Source: Camelus ferus
Taxonomy: Eukaryota
NCBI RefSeq assembly: GCF_009834535.1
Contig: NC_045696.1
Span: 41,542,001 to 41,606,000 of the forward strand
Length of the DNA: 64,000 nt
Reading direction: 5' to 3'
Part shown: positions 53,613 through 64,000 of the stretch, in pieces
How the letters are laid out: each line of letters opens with the position of its first letter
Position numbering within the stretch: position 1 is the stretch's first letter
The notes under the pieces: generated by a model
Databases searched by the model: none
Told to the model about the DNA's origin: nothing
What the model saw: the letters and a program-made list of their open reading frames with translations, nothing else
Made by a program: the position numbers and the translations under genes

Positions 53613-56368
53613 CTTAGGGATTCTGGAGAGGACTGAGGACTAAGAGGATGGAAGAGAAATGCTTATAAAAGAAATCACAGAAAAAAAAAATGTTTTTCTG
53701 AGCTGAAGAAAAACCAGTGTACAGAGCAAAAAGGAACTTTGATAATCAGAAGATATAGTGAAAGAAAATATATCCAAAATATGTTCTAGTGCAATTTCTG
53801 AATTTCAAAAAAAAGAGATAAATCAAACAAATGAAAAGACAAAATAAATATATTACTGACAGGAAAAATAAACCAAGGGCAGTTATCTATAAACTTACTA
53901 CTAGGCAGAAATGGTATAATCACTAAAGAATTCATCACCCTAGAATTCAAAATAGAACCAAATTGTCATTTGAATGTAAGGACAAAGGAGAAACACTTTT
54001 GGATGTAGAAAACTTGAAAATTTTACTATTCATTCATTCTTACTGAAAAGTATTCCTTTAGGGTGTCTCTCAGAAAAAGAAATTTTAATTACCAAAAGGT
54101 TTTTTTTAAAGGCAAGATAGTATCTAGAAAACAGCAGAGAACAATGAGACCAGTGGAGGAAAAATTACTTAATTCTAAATAATTGTTGATAATATGGCTG
54201 TAATTTTAATACAATTAAGAAAGTATTCCTCCAAATACATAGGGCGCAATATTTTTAAAAATCCAAATTGAAATTCCAAGTGATTTCAACAAAACCTTTA
54301 GAGAGAGGTGGCAGTGGCAGGGGGGGGCTTCTTGAAGCTAGAGGTTAGCTGTACTGCACAGTCAGCTGTACAATGTACAAGTCAGACATGCCCACTCTGG
54401 ACTTTGAATTGAGAGCTAGTGGCATAAGGGAATAAGATCCATGGGTGACCTTTCCTAGTGGAGCAGCAGGTGAAGAAAGATGGACTTTCTAGTGTAGGAG
54501 AAATAGTGGTACTGGTTTTGATATCCAGAGGCAGCACCTTTGGTGCTACGAATAGAGGTTCAGTGCTTAAAGCTTGGCGCTCATGATGGTGGAGCAATAT
54601 TAGCACTGGGCCTCTTCCTGGGACATAATTTAGGGGCATTGTTCTTGGCTGCTTAGCCTCTAATGACCTAAATAAAGAGGTACACTGAGGCAAGCTCAAA
54701 ATTATCAAAAAGATGAGTTTATTTGGGAATAGCAGAGAAATTGCAATGTGTTAAAACTCAAGAAGATGGTAGGAAAACTAGGGAAAGAACAGGTGAAGGC
54801 TTGAATGATACGATTTAATTAAACATAGAGTAAAAAGAAGAAAGATTTTAAAAATAAGGAAATTTGCACAGGCCCTGGTCTGGATATCTTGGGTAAGATG
54901 TCTACTTTAGACACCACTTCAGTCCCTAGAAATTTTCCATTTCAGGTAACGAGTTCGTGTACAGGACCAGTCAGGTTGTGGCACTTTCTTTAGATATGAC
55001 ACCTGAATCCAGGAGTCACATGAGTTCCTTGAAGACTGGCTGCACAGGGTTTTGTTAATAACACCTGGTAGGGGTCTTTCTGGTCAGATTGAATAGCGTC
55101 ATTTTGGAGATGTCTTTTCCAATAGATGAAATATCAGGTTGTATGGTGCAATGTTTGATGTCTTCATCTCCTGGGACCACACTGTGGAAAGATTTTGTCT
55201 CTGCTGGGAGTAAGGAAACCTTGTCTCCATAATATTACGAAATTATGGGCTACTCCAAATGCACGTCAACTATTAGTATAGATGTTTGCAGTTTTACCTT
55301 ACAATAGAGTACATGCTCAAGTAAGAGCACATAATTTGGCCCACTGGGCTAACGTGGTCAAAGCTGAGGTTCTTTGTCTCCATAACCTCAAAAGGAGTTG
55401 ATATTGCATATCCAGAACAATATTTACCATTTTCATCTTTCAAGTAAGAATCATCAATATTCCATAGGAAATTAACATTTGTTAAAGGGAGTTTCTTGTA
55501 ACTAAGGGTTAATAGGTGATCTATCAAAGTCAGTCAAAGGACTGGAGCAAGGGGTAGTAAGACCCTGTGCTTTATTAGTCTTCTACGGTAAGTCTTAAAC
55601 CTATCATAGCTTGTTCATCTGTTTTATATATACTAGCTAATATTTGCAAAGCTTCTCTGTTTATAGGGTATCAATTCTGGGAAGAGGCTTTGAGGAATTA
55701 GTTTGGATCTTAATAGAGGGGACAAGATGAATTCTGCCTGTGTCTGTGGAGGATTTAGCCCACAGAGTAGCAGACACTAAATCTAATAATGGGGATACAT
55801 CTGAAGTTTGATTTTCCCTGGTTTGTAAGGTACATTATGACAGAAAAAGGGTTTGGATTTTCTTGGACATTAGATTCAAGGGATTTAAATTCAAGGGCTT
55901 TGAACTTAAGAGTTATTTCTCCTTTCAAGAGAAAGAAATGGCATCACAATATTTTTCTAGGAAATCTTGTCTTAGTAAGTGGACAGGAGATGATTCATGG
56001 AGGAGAAATGAATGTTTGTCTTACAATGACCCCAAGCAAAAGGATTTAGACATAAGGACATGTGGTTCATTTGAGACTCTATTTTAATAAATGTATTCCT
56101 CTGAGGAAGAGATTATCTAGTTTTAGTGGGGTTGGAGCATTGATAGAGTTGTTGATTAACATTTTGTGTTGATTAATATTTTAAGGGATTTGTCCTCAAT
56201 CTAGTGAGTAGTTTCCCACAGCCTATTTAATGGTACACTGGGGAAAAAAAGTCCCTGTGTTTCCTCGGAGTCCCATCATTGGGATGAGTCTGACCCTTGG
56301 CTCTTGGAAAGCTATAACTGTCTAGACCTTTTTGATTGGTAGCAAGCCTTTTTCCAATGGTCAGTTTT

Positions 56369-56397
56369 TGTTGTTGTTGTTGTTGTTGTTGTTGTTT
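56369..56397. repeat. (GTT)n microsatellite inside the gag zinc-knuckle region
   Basis: Seen directly. Confidence 0.9.
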
Positions 56398-57074
56398 TTA
56401 ATAATGACAGGGTCCGGTAGAGAGAGTTTTCTTGGGAGATTCCATTTGTTGAAGTTGAAGATTTAAAATTTTCATTGCCTCTCTTTGGAATCATCTCATA
56501 GGGTGCAGGCTAGATTGACAAGATCAGAGGTGGACACTGTTTCCCATTCTGTGCAAGTTCTCTTGACTAACAGAGATAGACCTTTTTAAACCATTTATAA
56601 ACATTGATTTAAAGGCCACCCTGGTGGATTTAATATCTACAGCAAGTCCAGAATTTTCTTTAAAGACAATTTGCAGTCTGTTGTAGTAATCATAAACAGA
56701 TTTGGCAAGGTTTTGAGCACATGTTGGAATTTTTTCCAGTCTACCAGTTTGGGAAAGCTCTTGAGATGGCAAGGTGCCACCTTTTGGCTATGTCATGAGC
56801 TTGGTCATATAAAAGAGCTGGTGGTTGACCTATTGGGAATTCTAAAGATTGGGTACTTTCCTAATTAGCAGTTTTCGTCCAGTGCCAGGCTTAACATTCT
56901 CCAACAAGCATGTGGATGAATTGATAAAGATTGGATAAGGCAAGTTGATAAGTCTGAATTACAGTCTTGAATTCTTCAGCAAATCTATGAGGATCCTCAG
57001 TTACCTTAGGAAAATCTTCTGTTATAGCTCTAGGTTCAGCTTTGGTCCATGGGATGTAAGAAATTAATGGTTTA

Positions 57075-57388
57075 ACACTAATGAACTTACCTACAAAACA
57101 GAAACAGACTCACAGACATAGCAAATAAACATAGTTACTAGGGGAGAAAGGGGTGGGAAGGGATAACTGGGAGTTCAAGATTTGCAAATACTAACAACTA
57201 TATATAAAATAGATTAAAAAACAAATGTTTTCTGTTTAGCACAAGGAACTATATTCAATATCTTGTAGTAACCTATAATGAAAAAGAATATGAAAACAAA
57301 TGTATGTATGTATATGTATGACAAACATGCTGTACACCAGAAATGGACACATTGTAACTAACTATACTCCAATAAAAAAAGAAGAAAA
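57075..57388 (+). mobile_element. L1 3'UTR inserted into ERV gag
   Basis: TSD agaa(at/gc)taatggttta at 57059-57074 and 57389-57404. Confidence 0.92.
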
Positions 57389-58330
57389 AGAAGCTAATGG
57401 TTTAGTAGGATCCTCAGAAGACCTAATTTTTAAAGGGAGAGTTGGTAAGGTTTCAGCATTAGAGAAGAAGGAGAGTTCAAATAAAGGGAAGGGTTTAGAA
57501 GAGGGCAAAGGTGTATACAGAGGAGGTGGAGCAGTGGGGTTAAGGGAAGTTTAGGCTGGTGCTACCCAGGAAGAGGCTGCAAATAATTTTTTATCTCCTT
57601 TCAGTTGTTTATTTGCTTCAATTAACTTGGAAATCGTATTTTGTAAAGAGGTAATTTTTGAATCCTGAATACATTTAGAAGCCTCTAGGGACCAATAAAA
57701 ATAGCTTTCCCATTAAGTTTGTTTAGTTCTATTGCCAAAGCCTTCTAATTTAGTCCGGGAAAAAAAAAAAAGTTTGGGAGGATCAAAAATTCCCCATAAT
57801 GGCCACTGAAATTCTAAATTATCTTTAGTAAGGTTGTCTCATTTAGTCAAAAATGCTTGTGAGGAGGAATCATAAATTTTTAACACAGAACTGGCTGAGG
57901 TCCTGAAGGAGGATCACCCTTAGAGCATTTAGATGACTGGGATCCCATTCATCATAGGTTTTCTTAAGAGCAAAAGAAAAAATCCTAAATAGCCTGATGG
58001 GTGTGCTTTCAGTGCTGAGAGTTGTATTTTGTTTTAGAGTGTGCCTTTCATGAGATTCCTTTATTTTTTACCTCCAGGCAGATGACCTTTGCCCTGTTGA
58101 TCTGATCCATGACCAGGTGCCTCTTGTTGCGTGAAAATTGCCTTGCAGTTGGCAGGTGAATTAAGGCAATCTGGCCTGTTCGTGACCAATTTATTCTCTC
58201 TTGGGAGTCTTTGTCTTCAGAGACTTAAGTCTCTCATAAGGAGGTGGTAAGTACTCAAACAACATTTATTTTGCTCCACCCACACCAAATGATATTATTT
58301 TTAATTGTTACTGTCAAGAGTTCCAAAGGA

Positions 58331-58990
58331 AGAGGGTGTGGAAAAAGGGAACCGTCCTACCTTGTTGGTGGGAATGGAATTTGGTGCAGCCACTATGGAA
58401 AATGGTATGGAGGTTCCTCAAAAAACTAAAAATAGAGTTACCGTATGATTCAGCAATCCCACCCCTGGGCATGTATTTGGAAGGAAATCTAATTCAAAAA
58501 GATACATGCACCCCAATGTTCATAACAGCACTATATACAATAGCCAAGACATGGAAGTAACGTAAATATCCATCGACAGACGACTGGATAAAGAAGCTGT
58601 GGTATATCTAAATAATGGAATACCATTAAGCCATTAAAAAATAATAAAATAATGCAATTTGTAGCAACATGGATGGATCTAGAGATTATCATATTAAGTG
58701 AAGTAAGTCAGAAAGAGAAAGAAAAATACCATATGATATCACTTATATGTGGAATCTAAGATATGATACAAATGAACTTATTTACAAAACAGAAACAGAC
58801 TTACAGACATGGAAAACAAATTTATGGTTACCAAAGGGGAAAAGAGGTGGGGGAGGGATAAAATTAGGAGTTTGGGATTAGCTGATACAAACTACTATAT
58901 ATAAAACAAATAAACAACAAGGCCCTACTGTATAGCACAAGGAAGTATATTCATTATCCTGTAATAAATCCCACAATGGAAAAGAAAAAA
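58331..58990 (+). mobile_element. L1 3' part lacking its terminal 3'UTR and polyA
   Basis: [22 protein letters not shown]; 3'UTR ends at aatggaaaagaaaa. Confidence 0.93.
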
Positions 58991-58995
58991 ATAAT

Positions 58996-60904
58996 GGCTA
59001 TAATTCTCTGTGCTATACAATATCTCCTTGTTGCTTATCTATTTTTATACATAGTAGTTGGTATCTCTTAATCCCATAGCCCTAATTTGCCACTCCTCCC
59101 TTTCCTCTCTACTTTGGTAACCACTTGTTTGTTTTCTATAACCATGAGTCTACTTCTCTTCTGCATAGACATTCATTTGTATTTTTTTTTAGAATCCACA
59201 AATAAGTGATATCACAAAATATCTGTCTTTCTCTTTCTATTTCATTAAGCATAATATTCTCTAGGTCCATCTATGTTGCTGCAAGTGGCAGAAATTCATT
59301 CTTTTTATAGCTGAGTTATATTCTATCATGTGATAGATATAGATATAGATATATAGATATCTCAGTCTTCTTTAACCATTCTTCTCTTTTTGGGCACTTG
59401 GGTTGCTTCCATATCTTGGGCATTGAAAAAGGGTGCTGCTATGAACATTGGAGTGCAAGTATCTTTTTGAATTAGTGTTTTTGTTTTTCCTGGTTATATA
59501 TCCAGGAGTGCAATTGCTGGATCATGTGGTAGTTCTATTTTCAGTTCTTTAAGGGACCTCCATACTGTTTTCCATAATGGCTGCACCAATTTATAATCCC
59601 ATCAAAGCATATTAGGGTTCTCTTTTCTCCACATCCTTACTAATATTTGTTATTTGTAGACTTTTTGATGATAGCCATTCTGACAGGTGTGAGGTGATAT
59701 CTGACAGGTACGAGGTGATATCTCATCAAGGTTTTGATTTGCATTTCTCTAATAATTAGAGATGTTGAGCATCTTTTCATGTGCTCATTAGCTATCTGTA
59801 TGCCTTCTTTGGAAAAATGTCTATTCAGATCTTCTGCCCATTTTCATTGATTTTTTTTTATATTGAGTTGTATGAGCTCTTTACACACTTTGTGTATTAA
59901 CCACTTGTCAGTCATTTCATTTGCAAATATTTCTCCCACTGCATAGTTTGCCTTTACATTTTGTGAATGATTTCTCCTGCTGTACAAAAGCTTTTAAGTA
60001 TAATCAGGTCCCATTTGTTTATTTTTGTTTTTATTTCTTTTGCCTTAGGAGACATATCCAAAGAAACAGTGCTACAATTTACTTCAAAGAGTTTTCTGCC
60101 TATGCTTTCTTCTAGGATTTTTATGGTCTCAGGTCTTACATTTAGGTCTTTAACCCATTTGAGTTAATTTTTGTATATGGTGTAAGGAAATATTCTAATC
60201 TCATTGTTTTACATGTCGTTGTCCAGTTTTCCCAGCACCACTTGTTGAAGAAACTGTCTTTTCTCCATTGTATATTCTTGCCTCTGTAGTTGCAGATTAA
60301 TTGACTGTGGGTACATGGTTTATTTCTGTGCGCTCTAGTCTAGTCCGTTGATCTATGTGTGTATTTTGTTCCAGTACCATGCTGTTTTGATTACTGTAGC
60401 TTTGTAGTATAATCTGAAGCCTGGAAAGGTGATACCTCCAGCTTTAATTTTTTTCTCAAGATTGCTTTGGCAATATTTGGAGTCTTTTGTAGTACCATTT
60501 GAATTTCAAGATTATTTGTTTTAGTTCTATAAAAAAAAAAAACTCTTGGAAACTATTAGAACTAATAAATGAATTCAGCAAAGTTTCAAGATATAAGATT
60601 AATTTGTAGAAATCTATTGTTTTCCTGTACACTAACAGTGAATCATCACAAGAGGAAGTTAAAAAAAAAATACCATTCAAAATTGCATCAAAAGAATAAA
60701 ATACCTAGAAATAAACTGAACCAAGGTGGTGAAAGACCTCTGAAAACAGTGATGAAGAAAACTGAAGATGACACAAAGAAATAGAAAGATAGCCCATGTA
60801 CACTGATTGGAAGAATTAATATTGTTAAAATGTCCATACTACCCAAAGCAATATAAAGATTTAATGCAATCCCTTTCAAAATACCCATGACATTTTTCAC
60901 AGAG
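58996..60904 (-). mobile_element. L1 with 5' inversion (minus body 58996-60535; inverted plus segment about 60540-60904)
   Basis: Plus segment runs LLELINEFSK to IPMTFFTE; minus segment continues [12 protein letters not shown] to the 3'UTR. Confidence 0.9.
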
Positions 60905-61539
60905 CTTTGCTTATACTGAAACTTGGTCAATAAACTTTAACTGAATTGAATTCAAAAGGGCCAAGCCAGATGAAAAAGGGTTAGGGTAGGGGAAGTGATA
61001 TTGTATTAAAGTGAAAGGTTATAATTTTTAATTTGACAAATTCTAAATTCATTTATACCACAGAGTCTACCCAGCAGCTACTAAGGGGGATAAAAGAAAG
61101 TTAATCTCTAAGCCCAAACAGTTAACCAATTCTATTCTTTGCACAATTTTCATTTCAAATCTTTGTTCTATCCTCCTGAGATTTTGCCAAGTAATGCTGG
61201 AGCTGTCATGGTGTCCACGTGCTTTGTCTTCAGCACACTGTCTAGGGAAGTGTGAACAAGAGTTATCCATGCACATGCCATTAGCCCAAGATTGCCGACC
61301 TGTGACTCTCCTGCCACGAGCTGGTAGTCTGAGTGAGGGATAGAAGGAGCTGAGGTCACCACGTGACCATGTTGATGATTCCTTACCACCTCCATTCCAA
61401 GAATATCATGCAGGAAATGTATTCTACTTACTAGCATCCCCATGCCAGTGCCCAGTGTGAATCTTCACAGTATGCCAGCAGACAATATCCACACCAGCCA
61501 GGGGTAGCATTCACTCATGGTCTGTCCATGAGCGAACAG

Positions 61540-61805
61540 CGATATAACATAATGGTGAAAAGAATAGATTCTGGATTTAAATCCTGACTATACCTCTTTC
61601 TAGCTGTATAACCTTGGGAAAGTTACTAAACCTATCTGTGCCTCAGTTTCCTCATCTCTTCTAAGAGGACAGTAACAGTACTCACCTTCATCTTCCCCAC
61701 TGTTATAAATACTTTAAGGATATTACTCAATTTATATATGTAAAATATGATAGTTACTGGCCACCATGATAGTAAGCACACTAAATAAATACTAGTTTCC
61801 ACTAT
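61540..61805 (+). mobile_element. MIR SINE
   Basis: aaatcctgactatacc...accttgggaaagttactaaacctatctgtgcctcagtttcctcatct. Confidence 0.9.
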
Positions 61806-64000
61806 TATCATTATAATTATTCTAATTAATGAAAAGACATATGCTGAAGTCAACAATAGCAAGAAGACAGGCATTATAATTCATACTCTTATTGGGACTA
61901 TCTGCATACATAATCATGAAGACTCAAACAAAAGTAATAAAATCCAGATCTGTACTCATCAGCTTCATGTGGCAAAAGTTCCAAATATCTTTATATCTTT
62001 ATTCACAAAAGTTAATGTGTGATAAAGTTAATGTGTAATCACCCCCAAGGAGAGCTCTTTAACATTTAAGGTATCTAGTATTTTTATCCTATTCTCCATC
62101 AAACCATGGACAAGCTAATTCATGTATTATCAATGGCTGGCCTGTTATATTCTCCTCATTCCACCAACAGTCCTTTAGGGAAAAAATGACGAGGTGAGAG
62201 GGGACTATTGGGGCTCAAAAACCATCAGTGGTAAGTATGGGCAAAAGATGAGCACCCCAAACCAGGCAAAGCACCAGGTAATTGTCAGCTGACTTTCTGC
62301 AGTCAAATGCTCTGCCACTTGTCAGCAGACTTGTGTGTTGATTTTAGTAAACAACAAAAGGAAGACGTATTTAGAGTTACATGTTTTCAACAGCACAGCA
62401 TGAGTGATTTGAATTTGGTGTAGCTGAATTTCTACAGCTCTTGAGACTGTATCTCTATGCCCAAATGGTAAAATAATCAGCCGATTCCATAAAATAGCAT
62501 TACAAGAAGTCACTTGATTTCTAGCAAAAAAAAACCAGTATACTTTTGGCTTTCATAGCGGTATTGGAAGGCTGTTTTAGAATAAATTTTATTAGCCTAA
62601 AAAAGACAGTAAATGAGCATCCCAGCTGTTATTCCATGAAATAAAGCAATGCCATTGTCTTTCTTGGGTTTTTTTTTTTCATGCTTCCATCATATACATA
62701 TTTAATTATCAAATGTCAACTACTCCTTTCCAAAATTCAATTTTTAAACTATATTAACTTAAAAGAATTGGACTTGAGGGGAAAGTGGCAGTGTTCCTAA
62801 AGGGACAAGATATACTAATATATCTTATTGACTGTCTTTACATATTTGACTTTCAGAACAATTGTTTTTCCACTTCTGGAATTCATATCAGAAATGTGTG
62901 TATCTTCTTAAGAAAACCATTTTTTAAGTGCAACCAAGAAAATGCCTGTTGATTTTCTAGGTGTCTCATACTGATGTTGTGCCTCTGCAGAGAATTAAAC
63001 AGTAAAGTCAACTTGTTTGGGATTTATACAAAAATTTGACATGGTGGTAATATTTATGGGCTGAGGGTCAGAGCTGAACCACCTTGAGTTAGAGATGAAC
63101 AACCCTTGAAAGCTGATGGCCCATGTTTGATACACTGTCAGACCTTTGTAACCTCCAGCCCAGCAAGTCACAGAAATATGAAGAGTCAGGAAATTTGTGC
63201 TTAGTAAGCTCATTATTTCCCAAGAGGGTGCTCATTATATTTCATCCTCACAAATATAAGATGACATACAAGAAGTATTGAGGTGCGTGCTAGGACACAG
63301 AGTTTCTCCATCCTCCTAATATTTAGGACTTCCTCAGACTCTACACTGAGCCCACTGTGTTAGAAGAAGCTAGATTCCAGAGTCTTTGAACATGGTAAAC
63401 ATTCAGCAGTTTACAAAGAGTCAGAACTGAAAGTTCTTTGTTTTCTAACTTGTGTTGTCTAGCAATATGAACCTGAGCAATTAACTTTTGCTTGTTGGGA
63501 TGCTTTATTTTTTCCAGGAAAGAGACATTAGGAAAGGTTGTGAGAGTTAATAAAATCGCAAACACTACTTGGGAATGTTTATGAACTCTCTCTTCTTCTA
63601 TCCCTTCTATAAACACAAAAATTCTAGTCACATCAGTCTCTACTTGTACATTGCACAAAACAATGAAAATATCTTGAAATTAATATCAACTTAATGTCTG
63701 TGAATATTTTCTTAAAAACAAGCAGCTCACACACAACTGTCATGGTGGCCAAATGATTTTTCTAGCATGAATTTTGTCAGCAAACACTTTAGAATAATCT
63801 GGGACTAGAATGTTCATCACAAATGACCTTGTATCCTTTTCTCTATTTCTAAGAGCAGGACACATGTGTGTGTACCTGTTCAGGGCCATGATACAGTACT
63901 ATCAGCACATGAAACAATCTGAGATTTCTTAATTTTGCTAAAATGTGATGATCATTACCAAAAAAAGATGAGGAAGAGAACATGGTGTTCAATTTTATCT

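Larger units (their letters stand above)
54790..58320 (-). mobile_element. Decayed ERV1-class internal region: leader, gag, pro, partial pol/integrase
   Basis: gag ATG at 57948 (MGSQSSK, myristoylation-like Gly2), WPLWGIFDPPKL, WTKAEPRAITEDFPKVTEDPHRFAEEF, SVYDYYNRLQIVFKENSGL, knuckle remnant DHWKKAC, integrase-end-like DSWIQVSYLKKVP; many stops and frameshifts. Confidence 0.85.

Noticed and set aside
61067..63658. Minus-strand ORFs near the window end as exons
   Set aside because: Some acceptors exist, but donors are weak and no peptide was recognisable.

Overview
Mammalian, repeat-dense, non-coding-dominated genomic DNA, probably camelid (inferred from a Vic-1-like tRNA-derived SINE and the lineage-type L1 3'UTRs). 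Most ORF-track entries are decayed LINE-1 or ERV fragments or chance ORFs. I see no intact long CDS and no gene I can name. Main contents: (1) a four-level nested insertion at about 7990-19975 (old L1MC-like element, solo LTR, young L1 with a CpG-rich 5'UTR, and a 5'-truncated L1 flanked by a ~115-130 bp duplication, which gives a permuted L1 order); (2) many other L1, L2, MIR, MaLR and hAT fragments; (3) a decayed ERV1-type gag-pro-pol body on the minus strand carrying a 41-bp exact templated copy of a neighbouring L1; (4) a tail-to-tail L1 inverted repeat adjoining a twin-priming inversion; (5) small candidate exons, mostly minus strand, that can be chained in phase but not assigned to a known gene; (6) a compact plus-strand splice-signal cassette GTGAGT...TACTAAC...CAG|GTAAGT. 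Repeat family names come from recalled consensus motifs and boundaries are approximate. I found no convincing new biological system; the best leads are the rearrangement signatures and the splice-site candidates.
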